NCBI RefSeq assembly: GCF_036321535.1
Contig: NC_087437.1
Location: 85,562,001 to 85,626,000, forward strand
DNA: 64,000 nt
From: Camelus dromedarius
Taxonomy: Eukaryota
Direction: 5' to 3'
The translations under genes and the position numbers were made by a program. The notes under the pieces were generated by a model. The model searched no databases. It had not been told where the DNA came from and was given only the letters and a program-made list of their open reading frames with translations. Of this stretch, positions 52,006 through 64,000 are shown piece by piece; the first letter of the stretch is position 1, and each line of letters starts with the position of its first letter.

Positions 52006-54089
52006 GAGAATTATTAATTAATTAATTATTAATCCTCTTCATTAAAGCAGAGGCATTTTACTTGGAATTAAAGGAAAGAAAAAAAATGGGACACACACAT
52101 GTGATGTTCCCAATGGGAGAAGAGAGGCAGAGAAAGAATTCCAGGTAATCATAGGGACAATATGCAGGAAAAGACTTAAGAGAATCATTTTCTATTTCAA
52201 CAAGAGACTGAGGATAAATTCTTAGTAGATAATATCTCTACTGTGTTTTAATAAACAAATGTTAAGTTTCTTGGTACATTTCACACACTTTTAGAAAAGT
52301 AGACACCTGGACCATTTCATTTTCCTTTGGATATCTTAATGTATTATTTTCCCTTAAAAGAGAATACGGGGTAGACAAAATGAAAATATAAATGGGCCAG
52401 TAGTGCAGTAACTATGTAAGTAAGTATAATAAAACCATCAGAATCCTTAATAACAACCCACACCTGGACACCACTGTCCATAACTACTGAGATGAACTGA
52501 AGATACAATGTATAGTTTAACAAAATGTGATTGCCATTGGAACATAACCGTATCTTTATAATGAATGGTACATGTGTTGGTTTGAGGGTAGGTGTGAGCA
52601 TCAGAATAGGAGAACAGTTTTGTTCTGGGAAAGAAGAAAGTAGTATATCTTTGTGTATGCTCCAAACTTTGCATGCAGATCAAATTTTTAATAGTCACCC
52701 TGGGAATACCAAGGCACATTAGACAACTCATACTAAAACTTCTCCTCCAAAAAAAGAAAAAAAAAGTTATTTGATTACATTTTATCATCATAAAACAATG
52801 ATACTTCTTACTAATGTGTTTAAACAAAAACAAAACAAAAAGTATATGAGAAGGAATTTTGGTCAAATTCTGCTGTTTAAACAATCTGCCAAGCTTTTAT
52901 TGGCAGGTACTTCACTCTTAACTGTGCCAAGAGAAACAGCAGGAATTTTCCTGGCCTGTCTTTTACAGTGGAACTAAGTTCCCTAGTCACTTTATATTTT
53001 ATCAAAGCTGTTGATATTACTATAAATAATTGTTTAAATTATATTTTATATTACTGTTATACATGATCTTAAGTAATAATGTTCAAATTTTTAAGGACGG
53101 AACTTAAATGTATTTCTGGCTTTCAAGCTACAAACTTTTTTCCCTAGGAATTAATTTTTATTACCAGATTTCTTTGCTTTCTTTTAAGGTAATTTTAACA
53201 CTTTTTGCTGCTAGCTCAAGAGAATTTAGGAATTTTACCATTCAACTAAGTTAGGTGAGATATGCAAAGTTGCTGAAGAATGAAAGGTTTATTATATGAG
53301 ATTTAAGTTTAAGATACTGTCACAACTTTAAGATACTCCTTGATTTCACACTAAAACAATATGTAAAGAGATGCAAATTTTCAATAGCACTGAAAACCAG
53401 GTGTGTCGATAAAAGTTATAATAGGTTGCAGAAGAAATGTTTATTAATTAAAGCAGGGACGAGAGCTTGAAGACAATTAGTGGAGGCTGACAATGATATA
53501 GGAGGTGACTATTACCCTTTGTTACTGTATCTACAGATTTACTTTAGGGGCACAGTTTCTGAATTGATTAAAGAGAAAAAAACCATTTCTTACTAAAGGA
53601 ACATTCCTTTCTGAATCATATTTCTATGACCAGCATTCCCATTAGGAGTTCTCTTTCCTTATCCATTTTAAGAATACATTTTCCAATAATGCTATACAAA
53701 TAGTATTATACAATAAGATTGGTGTTACCACATTTTGAGATAATACAAAGAGAGAAAATAAGAAAGAGCCACAAGAATAATAAACTATGGACTCAGTATT
53801 ATTTTATACATTTATGCTGACTATGGGGAACTTACAGTTCTCCAAAAATAAATTATCTTCCCTATAGCCTGAGCTAAGCGTGCAATGAAAGAATTCTTAA
53901 GTACAACAGAGCCACTTTAAATTGCAACCATCAAATAAGACAACTTAACTACAGACTGTGAATGACACAAGTGAGAAACAAATACCTAACATTTACTTTG
54001 CGGATAGTGAGAGGTGCCAGTATGATTCTAGCATGCAAGACTGCATAAATGTAATAAATAAATATACAAATAAATACAAAAATAAAAAT

Positions 54090-55575
54090 AAAATAAATTA
54101 CTTTTTCACTAAACAACGAAACATTGAAATGTGAAAAATTTTAAAACATTAAGTTAAGAAAACTATTGCTTTTGAAAAGCAGAAGAAAGTCCTGTCTTAA
54201 AATAAGACTTTAAGGCAGTAACTGAAGAGCACTGTAGAATTACTTGCATATGTGAATAATTAATGGAAGCAATATCTTTAAAATTTTAAGAGAAAAATTT
54301 GAAAATAATGAACTTACAGATCCAAGATAATTAAAGTCAAGCACAGTAACAAAATTATAGTTAAAATACTTAAAACCAATGTTAAAATCTTAAAAGTAGC
54401 CAGAGAAAAATGGCATATTTACAGATAAAGATGACAGCAGATTGCTCATCAGAAACAGTTCAAGCGAGAAGACAGTTACGCAAATTCTTTCAAATACTGA
54501 AAAAAAGAAATAACTTTTAAATATAAAGGCAAAATTAAGATAGTTTTAGACATGCAAAAGATAAAGCAATGACTATGAGTTCAGATACAGAAAAGCTGAA
54601 GCAATCCAGCAGGCCTGAAACAGAGCTGAACCCTAAGGGGCCTTCCCGGGACAGACCCCTTCCCATCATGTCCTCTGTCTGCTTCTTGTCTGTAGAAAAA
54701 CTTTATTCAAAAATAAGTTTAATCAGAGAAATAATGAAGTGGAGAAACAAAGGGAAATAGTCAAGTAAAACAAAATAATAGCTTAGTCATTAAACAAAGT
54801 CAAGGACCATTAGTTCTCCTTCAAGGGCTAGAGATGATATTCTGAGCTATATTCTTTGAAATGTTTTGTACACTGATACCCTCATCAGGTGGATGAAGTT
54901 AACTACATGATGACCAGACTGTAGCCATGACATAAGCTCCACAATTCCGAGAATTGGCCTCAAGGAAATGGGAACAAAGTGGCCATGGAACTGAAGATTA
55001 ACTGTTCTTATAACAATCAAGATAACGCAGATCAGACACCACATGTCCAACTGCAAGATGACTGTCAGAGCTGACAGTGCTGTTCTGCACTCAGCCCCCT
55101 CCCTCTGCCTATACACCTCTGACACTCCTCTTTAAAGCTCTTGCCCACTGATCAGCAGGGGGAAGTTGGCCTTTAGACATGAGTCCACTCTCTCCCTTGG
55201 TTGCCAGCCTCCAGAATAAAGCAAACTTTTCTTTCTATCACCCATGCCTCTTGGGTGTTGGCTTTTGAGCAGCAAGCAATCGGACTTGCGTTTTGGTAAC
55301 AGACCCATAGTACAATGAAAGGTTAAAGCTCTTCAGGAAGAAAAAAATTTATACCAGATGGAAAAATGGATCCCCATGAGGAAATGAAAAGTAGCAGAAA
55401 TGGTAATTACATGAGCAAATACATGACTGTTTTTCTTACTATTTAAATCTTTTAAAATTGCCTATTTAAACAAAATAATAATAATAATATGAGATTTATA
55501 ACATCTGTACAAGTAAAATGTATGACACCAATAGGACAAAGTTCAGAAGGGGAGAATTTAAAACATACTGTTATC
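54090..55575 (+). mobile_element. Old L1 ORF1 fragment split by an LTR (54583-55301)
   Basis: aaaatcttaaaagtagccagagaaaaa (KILKVAREK), gatgacagcagattgctcatcagaaac; continues after the LTR (cttcaggaagaa...ataccagatggaaa). Confidence 0.75.
54583..55301 (+). mobile_element. ERV1-type solo LTR
   Basis: Ends ttttggtaaca; AATAAA at 55215; ERV1-like blocks (tgtagaaaaacttta, aaacaaagtcaaggacc, ggaactgaagattaactg); TSD unclear. Confidence 0.8.
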
Positions 55576-57819
55576 TCAAATTAAAACATCCCTCTCTCTA
55601 AATAAAATCTTCTTTTGTCTTTAACCAGTGACCTCTGAAATACTCACTCCAGTGGAATCAAACCAACAGATGTGATGATATTTATCATGTATAAATTCTA
55701 TATAATTATATTTCAAGTTTTCTAAACTTGAAAAGGTTGTTCAGATATCAGTGCCCAAAGAGAAAGGCAACTATACACCGCAGCATCAGAAATAAACCCC
55801 ATGGCAGAGCCTTTTATGTATTTTTTTACTTCATGCTTCCTTTTTCTTTTAGTCATTTGATATTTCTGAATTCTGGCCCGTATCTCAGAGTGGTTTACTT
55901 TTCAATAGTGTCTTTACTTTTTTCCTTAATAACATACCTTACATATTAAAATATATAATATATAAATATCTGTGGTGTGCACTAATAAAAAACAAAAAGC
56001 ATGCACAAACACATACATGCATGCACAGACATACACACAAATGCATAAAACTGTGGGGTTTATCAAGACTGTGGGTCTCTAGCTTATTCTTTTTAACAAA
56101 AAATTACTTTTGTCTAAGGTGAACATTAGGCTCTCATGCTTTGGAATAATAAATATTTGGAAATACATATATATATTTTAAAAATATTTTTTGAATAGTT
56201 TTACTATAAAAGGAAGTCAACGTGAGTAGATACTCTGTTAAATAAAATTATTTAGCACTTCTCTGTACTTGTTATTTTTTAGGGTACAACCCTTTATTTG
56301 ACCTGGCCCTTCAGTGTTTTATTTTTTTGTATCTACTTTTTTGAAAAGACCTTTGAAATTGACTTTCTCTTTGTTGCCTGTTATAGGACCTATATCCAGA
56401 CTTGCAATGAAGCTTTCTGCCTCACTGAACCACTTTCACAGACTGTATTAAAAGGGAGTGAGAGTGAGGCTCTTTCTTCCCTTCTTCTCCCTAAGTCTTT
56501 CCATGTGCAGACAAAGAACTCCTTTGAAGGAAGCCTACAGATCTCAACATCTCATGAAAGAGGACTGATTGTGTTTTTCTTTTTTTCCACAAGTCCCATA
56601 AAGCATGAAGTTGCTGTTACCAGTATCATTATTTGAGGACAGTTGTGTATAAATTTGAAACTCAGGTTGGTCAGAACATGGCTCCAACTACAGAAACTAT
56701 TTACACTGCCTGTGCTTTAAAGAAAGGTGAGATCTTAAATTTGAAATACTCAATAATACACTTTCATTGCTTCTTCTCTTAGTATTAAGTTATCTTTGGG
56801 TAGCAAAAAATAAATAGTAAGTTCAACAAAATACCAATAAATGCTATGGTTTGAAATAATGTTTATCACATTGTAAGCTGATGATGTGAAGGATATGATA
56901 CAACCACATACAAGCACATCATGTATAACTGCAGGTTACAGTTTTCAGGTAAGGGGACTACCCAAACCAACTAAGAGAGCAAAAGCTAGCAATGGTTCAG
57001 CCTTTACCATGAAGTAGTGGACTTTTAGGAAATACCACAATAGGTTACTTTGCCTAACTTTTTAAATTAAATATTTAAATCACTAAACCAGACACTAGTG
57101 TACTCTCATTAAATATAGAGGAGATATATATCTCTCTCTATGTATATCTATTTGTATCTTGTGATAGAGACTGAGACAAATCTCTAGCACTTCTGCGATC
57201 AGCCTGGGCTTAATTTATTTATGGAAGAAAAAATTCTGAAGGCAGATGGAATAAAAAAATATTCACTTAGGAAATTCAGTGGCAACTTAGAAGCAGATAT
57301 ATACATATCCAATGAGAAAGGAGAAAATGGATACATTTGCAGGAGAAAAAAATTGAGCACCCAAATCTCAATTTACATACTGTACAAAATATATTGTACA
57401 ATTGTTTCATTTTTAAAATCATCAATAGAAAATTAAATCCTAAAACATCGGAAAGAAAATTTCAATTTCATGTTAGGGCAGTTTATATAAGGCTGACACT
57501 CCCAGCAAGGCTCATTTATTAAACCTAGAAAAATATACAAGGCAGACAACATTCAAGGGGTGAAAATTCTTAAGAGGAGGAAGTCATAACAAACTGAGCC
57601 CTTATCTCCATTTCAGCTTTTTCCCTCGAATAATTTTCTAAATCATAACAGAAGAAGTTGAGGCTTAGGGAAGGTGACCTCCCAGCTCTTGCTGCAGTCT
57701 CACTGAGTTAACGATAATGAAGTTATACTTTGAGATTGCCGAATAGATTGAAACATAGGGAGAAAGAAAGATACATAGATAAGAGACTAAAATCCTGTTT
57801 TATATTTTCTCATAACACA

Positions 57820-58207
57820 GGTATTCGTTTGCTAAAGGTGCCCCAACAAAATGCCACACTGGGTGGCTTGAACAACAGAAATTTATTTTCTCACAGTTCT
57901 GGAAGCTAGAATTCCAAGATCAAGATGCCAGCAAGGCTGGATTCCTCTGAGGCCTCTCTGTTTCACTTTCAGAGAGCTGCCTTTTTTCTGTCTCTTCACA
58001 CGGTCACCCTGGGGGCGCACACAACCCTGGTGCCTCTCTCTTCTTGAAAGTGTAGCAGTCACATGGGATAAGGGCCTCACCCTAAGGGCCTCACTTTAAC
58101 TTAACCATCTCTTTTGAGACCTCATCTCCAAATAAAATTACATCCTGAAATACTGGGTACTGGGACTTGAATATATGAATTTGGGGGACACAGTTCAGCC
58201 TATAATA
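57820..58207 (-). mobile_element. MaLR solo LTR (MLT1A/B-like)
   Basis: ctgggtggcttgaacaacagaaatttattttctcacagttctggaagctag ... tgaatttgggggacacagttcagcc. Confidence 0.92.
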
Positions 58208-58744
58208 AGGTGTTTGCTGACTGTTAAACTGCATATGCAAAGTGGGATACTCATAAAGCTGAAAGCAGCAGCTCTGTGACTGAAGTGCTCCACAAAGATT
58301 CCAGCAGTCTTACAACACTGAGGAGACCGAGGTCAGAATTCAAGTCCCGCCAGGATGAAAGTTCTTTAGTTAAGAGAAAAAGAAGACAGTGAGAGAGAGA
58401 AGCTTTAAGCTGAAATCACAGAATGGCTAAAACCAGGAAGAATTATTCTTCGGGAGGAAGGGCCATTGAAAATAACCAGCACGAACACAGCTTAAAAAAC
58501 ATTCTTACCTAGATCAAGGTGAACTAAAAGTTCTCTAACTGCTTTCCGGAAAAAGATTAATCCTTTTGAGAGGAGGATAACATAAAATAGAGCCTTGTCA
58601 ATTTCCTTAAAACTTTCTGGCATTCAATAAAAGATCACAGGCATTCCAAGGGAGGAAACCAAAGGACACAAACCAAACCAAAAACAAAACAGTCTACAAA
58701 GACCCACAAGTCAATGTACTGTTTCTCCCAAAAGAGATTGAGGA

Positions 58745-59690
58745 ACACTGGCTTCAGCTCCAAAATAAAAAGAGCTTAGAAGTCATTACTCCAGTATTTA
58801 TGACAAGCAAAGCTGAAACTGAAAAGTGACATTTTCTTTCACCTCTTAGAGAACTGAGATTGCAGGGAAAATCTCCATCCTTAAACCTGAAAAGTCACAG
58901 TTCAGATCTGCTTACCTGGAACAGAACCCCCTGGAGCTATAAATGCTGGTAGATTCCCAAATGGTAATTAAATGGTAAATTTGACGAACTGCTGAGGTCT
59001 GAGTTTGAGGATGAGAAATCCCTGGGTCCGCAGTCTTAGGGGACACTCACACATTTATGGGATTTACTTAAAAGAAACACACCAGATCCTCAAGGTCAAG
59101 ATTCAAGATCCCTCATGACTGGCGGCAGGAGGAGAAGAGTAGCCATTGCAGTATCCACGGAGGGTGTGAGGTGGGGCCGGTCATTCTCTGTGACAAAGGC
59201 CTCCTCTGAAGGAGAAGGACTTCACCAGAGCCTTATCCCACATAGGGGAAGAGCAGTTCTCACATTCAAGCAACCTCTAGTCTTACTGTTTCTCCCTTTT
59301 GAGCTACTGGGGAAAAAATACTATACCACTGGAGAAATACTTCTAAAAGTTGCAGCTCAGAGACACAAGCTCAATAAAAAAATAATATTAAGATTGTAGA
59401 ATATGCATCTCCTCCCCCACATCTTACCACAGCACCAACAGGGCTGAAGTGTAATTATGGTAGAACAGAAGAAGGGCATTATGTGAAAACTAGGAAAATC
59501 TGAATAATGCATAGACTTCAGTTAATAATAGTGTAGTAACATTGGTTCATTACATTTACCATATGCATGTAAGATGTTATTAACAGAAACTGGGTGCAGG
59601 CTATTTAGAACTTTTTGTATCATCTGTACAATTGTTCTATAAATTTAAAAGTGTTCTAAATTACAAAATTTCTGTTTAATTTTTGTTAAA
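58745..59690 (+). mobile_element. Nested L1MC/MD-type element: 5'UTR fused to the 3' terminus
   Basis: 59463-59690 is homologous to the L1 3' end at 20920-21150; 58745-59460 resembles an L1MD-type 5'UTR. Confidence 0.55.
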
Positions 59691-61603
59691 ATATAGAGGT
59701 TTTTTTAGAAGACTCGTGGATGTTCTAGATATTGGAGATATTGGGTAGGGAATTTATGTAATCATGATTAGTTCAAGAAGAAAGAATAATATCATAGGAA
59801 ATGGTAATTTATAAGAGTTAAATAAAAATTGTAGCACTGAAAAAGTACCAGAATATAATTAAGATATATCAATAATACAGAGATATTACAAAAAAGCAAG
59901 ATTAATAAGCTGGAAGATTGCTTAGGGAAAAATATTCCAATCGAAGCACAGAAAGAAAAAGGATGGAAATTCAGAAAGAGTGTAAAAGACATGGAATATA
60001 GTACAAAGATCTAAGATTATGGACACTGGAATCTATAAACAGAGAAGAGACATAATAGATAAAATTCAAGTCAAATATACCAAAAGCTCTATGAAATTCA
60101 GGAAAAATAGTTTCTAATTATTTTCAAATAATACATAGACATTATAGAAAGACTCCTGGAAACAAAGAGAAAAAAAGAAATTCTAAATGAATCAGAAAGA
60201 TGAGATACATTGCTTTCAAAGGAGCAATAATAAGAATGAGAGAAGAGTTTCAAGATGAACTTTGTAGAATATAAACAATTTTAGCTTTCCATAAGTGGAA
60301 AACGCTGCCCACTTAGAATCCTATTATCAATGAAAATATCCTTCAAGAATTAAGGCAAAACAAGACATTTGCAAATTAAAAAAAAACTGTCACTAGCAGG
60401 CCTGTACTACCAACTATATACACTTACATATTTATTTATGTATGTTATATATGTAACTATTATATATACATACAGTAAAGTGAGATATTTGAATTAAACA
60501 GAAAGGATGTGAGAGTACAATTCATCTCTTGAGGAATGAAAGAAAAGCATCAGGAATGGGAAGTTACAGGAAAAATGAAAATACTAGTTTTCTTTAAGTC
60601 AGTTAAAATATCTATGATTTTAAGGCAAAACTTAAAATATTATTTTATATTTAAAAAAACTATTTATAGTTACAGTATATATGACAAATATAAAGATGGG
60701 GAGGAAAGAGCTTATATGATTTCAAGGTTTTTAGCTATAACTTGAAGTGATTTAGTATTAACTCTCAGTTGACTATGAAAATTTAAGGATGCATATTGTA
60801 ACACTGATAAGTCTAACAAAAATGTCACGAGATACATTAAAACATAATTTTAATAAATCACAAATTATATAAAAGGTCATGAAAGAAAGAAAAACCAAAA
60901 ATAGAAAAAAAAAGGTAAAATACTAGAGCTAAATTCAACAATATCAGTAATTAACATTAAACACTAATGTTCCAAACACTCCATTTAAAAGGCAGAGATT
61001 ATCAAAATGAATAAGCAATGCTGCCTATGAAAAACACACTTTAATTACAAAGACAGATAGTTTGAAAGTAAATGAATGGAAAAAGATAGATCTTGCAAGT
61101 TGTTAGGATGAGAAAGCTGAGGTTGCTAGTTTAACATCAAATAAAATAGACTTGAAGACAAAAAGAACTCCCAGAGATAAAAAGAGGCATTTCAAAATGC
61201 TAATAATTCATCAGAAAGATATAAAATTATTAATGTATTACGGTGTCTAATACAGAGCTTCAAATAGCATGAAACAAATTTTGACAAAATTGAAGACAAA
61301 TCCAAAATCATTGTAGGAGATTGTAACATCTATCTTTAAACAGTAGATAGAATATATTATAGACAAAACATTACGAAAGATACAGAAGACTTAAAATAGT
61401 ATCAAAAAACTTGTTCTAATGAACATTTATAGAACACCACACTCAACAACCCCATATTCAAATTCTTTTCAGGTGTACCTCTACCAAGAAAGTTCAGATG
61501 CTAAGCTCAGATGCTGGGCCATAAGACACTATCAATAACTTAAAAGACTTAAAATCATGCAGAGTATCTCTCTGACTACAATGCAGTTAAATTAGAAACC
61601 AAC

Positions 61604-61657
<54 letters not shown>

Positions 61658-61658
61658 T
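61604..61658. repeat. (TA)n microsatellite forming a 52-bp perfect palindrome
   Basis: (TA)8 C (AT)9 G (TA)8 at 61604-61655. Confidence 0.95.
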
Positions 61659-61799
61659 GAAACTAAAAATATTCAAGTGTTATGCAACACACATTAAATA
61701 ATCAACAGATCAAAGATAAAATCATAAGGGAATTTCAAATTTTTGGAAGTGAATGGTATTGAAAATATATCAGAGTTTGTGGAATGCAATCGAGTGGTA

Positions 61800-61922
61800 A
61801 AAGAAAAGAAATAAAAAGGCAAATAGAGAGAAATGAAGAGTGGAAGGAAGAAAACAAGGAGAGAAAGGGAGGGAGGAAGACAGGGAGGCAGGGAGGGAAG
61901 AAGGGAGGAAGGAAGGACAGGA
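61800..61922. repeat. GA-rich low-complexity tract
   Basis: Directly visible; source of ORFs 61784..62098 and 61694..61972. Confidence 0.85.
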
Positions 61923-62449
61923 GATTGAGTTTTGGGCTGGGGGACTCTAGCTCTATGGCTGTACCATTCCATTTGCTACAAGGTCTGGATAGTCACAGGA
62001 TGTGCTTCAGGTGCCTCGGTGGTCCCAGATACCACCCCATCCTTGTAAAACAATTAAAACCAAAACAACCAAAACAGAGGAGTATAGTAGACACTTGAAC
62101 AAACTTGTCTTGTAAAAGTGTATAATTACTTATTTACCTCACAATGTATATCAACAAAAACTACAAATTCATCAGGAATTTAAAGGTTTAAGTCTTATGA
62201 AATTATGGATAAAATCTTATAACCTTTAGAGTAGAAAAGGCATTTTAAAATCAAAAGGCATGTGTTATGTTTGCAATTATCACATTTATTAATAATAACC
62301 TGATGCATAGAGGAGATTTCTGGAGCAGAGGCATATTAATTACTTTATTTACATAATAATAGTTGCACTGACTTTCCTTTGGCTTAATTCTTTCCCCTAG
62401 AGCAATGTGATGAGAACCAGAAGTCACCTAAATGGACAGGACTCTGTGC

Positions 62450-62780
62450 TGTAGGTGAGAAGCACCAAAAAAATGAATCTGTGTACTTTTGTACACACTG
62501 TCCTTCTCCCCTTCTTGAAGGAGGGAGAAAACCTTTTATTCCTTGGGAAGATTCTGACTGCATATTACACCCTTTAGAATGTAAATAAATCTCTCCTTGG
62601 GAAAGATAAGAATATTGTCTTCAGCTTTGCAACCCAAGGATATCTCCCTGTCGCAGGTCTCTGCACTTTTGAAAAGTAAATGCACACTTCCAGAGTTAGA
62701 GAAATCTCTCTGGGGTTCTCACGGTAGTATATTAACATTTAAGTCTTACTCTTTTAGACTAGGTCCCAAATTTCAATAAG
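62450..62780 (+). mobile_element. Old ERV1-type LTR fragment (MER110-like)
   Basis: gaatgtaaataaatctctcc, gcaacccaaggatatctcc, cttttgaaaagtaaa share blocks with 42495-43190. Confidence 0.45.
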
Positions 62781-63439
62781 ATTTTTCTCATAAAATGTGA
62801 ACTATGCAGTAACATAAAAATATGTTCTCTACAAGTCCATATCATGAAAATTAACAACAATGGGGACCTAAAATCAAAATTTTTCCATCAGAAGAATAGA
62901 CAAGGAAAATAGAACTATATAATTTTCAATATAAAAGTTTTATTAGTGTTTAAAGTATACCAATCTTATGCTAAATTTTAAGGGAAATTTATCATAAAAT
63001 TTCTAATACAGGAAGCACTGAATGATATTATGACCAATGCTTTGATTCATCTGAAATTAGTAACTCAAGATTCAGAGGCTACTTTATACCCTTGAATTCA
63101 TTTATTCCCATACCATATGACATTTGTCTTAAATTATTTTTATTTATAAACACTTACATGTACATATATCATTTTAAATCAGGATGGAAATATTTTGATT
63201 CACCGCATCTTAGTGGGCAGATAATAAAAGATAATTTCAGAAAACTACTGCTTATTATTTTGAATTTTGAAATGATAATCTTGTTTATTGAAAAATATAT
63301 TATTAAAAAATCTATATTAGCAGCTCAGTCATTTTCAAAATTTGTCATAGAAAAAAATAAAATATTTCCAAAGTTAATTTTGGAATCAGAACTGATTATT
63401 TCAATCAAGATATTTTCTTTGTAGTGGATAGACTTGGAA

Positions 63440-63600
63440 GGAGAGTTTCTTAACCTGAACTGTACATTAGTCTTCATGGAGAACTTTCTAAAAATATCAA
63501 TGCCCATTTATCTCACCCCAAGTTAGTTGGTTAAGTTACCTAAACGTGGATGGAGTCTGGCCAATGGTATATTTAAATACTCCCTCAAGTGTTCAGAATC
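63440..63600. mobile_element. MER5-like MITE
   Basis: gtttcttaacctgaactgtacattag...aaaaatatcaatgccc...ggtatatttaaatactccctcaagtg. Confidence 0.65.
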
Positions 63601-63639
63601 TTGTTAAAATCAGGTATTACAATTAAGGATTAAGTCCAG

Positions 63640-63960
63640 CTGTATGCAAGAGAAATTCCAAACAAGCCTGAGGTTTATTTTTCCCCCAGGTAACTAGAAG
63701 AATGGAAGTAGGCAGTCCCCGTCTAACATAGCAGGTCAAAGATCTCTGGAGCTGAGGTCACTGTGAATCTGTGCTCTATCTTTTACCATCAGGTTTAAGA
63801 CGGCAGCTACAGCATCAGTTCATGATGTCACATTATAGCCAGGAAGAAAAACAGAAATATCAAAGACAAAGCACCAGCCAACTGAATCTGTCTTTTTCTG
63901 AAACTGTCTGGAAGAGTCAGATATCAACTTGTATTTACATATTATTGGTCATCATTCCTT
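63640..63960 (-). mobile_element. MaLR LTR fragment (MLT1J-like)
   Basis: gaggtttattttt, ggaagtaggcagtcc, aagacggcagc, ccaactgaatctgtc, tttacatattattggtc. Confidence 0.65.
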
Positions 63961-64000
63961 CAGTTAGTGCTATCGAATACAGTATTTCAGCAGAGTGCAT

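Larger units (their letters stand above)
57150..61830 (+). mobile_element. Old L1 5' half (5'UTR, ORF1, ORF2 endonuclease) with nested elements
   Basis: ORF1 remnants at 59700-60400; endonuclease remnants at 60940-61600 (aacactccatttaaaaggcagaga = NTPFKRQR, tgctgcct, gtaggagattgtaac = VGDCN, tctgactacaat = SDYN for SDHN). Confidence 0.8.

Noticed and set aside
52447..52884. 145-aa minus-strand ORF
   Set aside because: Phe/Lys runs derive from A/T tracts; no homology recognised.

Overview
This is AT-rich, CpG-poor mammalian non-coding DNA, either a gene desert or a very large intron. I find no supportable protein-coding gene, rRNA, tRNA or CRISPR array. The supplied ORFs are chance ORFs or pieces of decayed retroelements; 30359..30691, for example, is the L1 ORF2p C-terminus. 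Roughly half of the window (eye estimate) is transposon-derived. Ancient classes are MIR, L2, L3/CR1, L1M, MaLR/ERVL LTRs and Tigger/MER2/MER5 DNA elements. Younger classes are L1 3' ends with intact target-site duplications (TSDs) and ERV1-type solo LTRs with 4-bp TSDs. The young L1 3' ends, plus the absence of recognisable Alu, B1/B2, BovB/Bov-tA, PRE-1 or Can-SINE, suggest a cetartiodactyl, most likely a camelid (inference). Subfamily names come from my recall of consensus sequences and need RepeatMasker confirmation. The most interesting observations are: (1) three short L1 3' ends that all break within about 8 nt of the same point; (2) a twin-primed, 5'-inverted mini-L1; (3) two independent MER41-like solo LTRs that both carry a STAT/GAS motif; (4) a strong + strand bias of L1/LTR insertions, hinting at a minus-strand host transcript; (5) an unexplained poly(A)-tailed hairpin insert; (6) repeat-free, motif-dense islands that may be enhancers. 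I see no convincing evidence of a novel multi-gene system.
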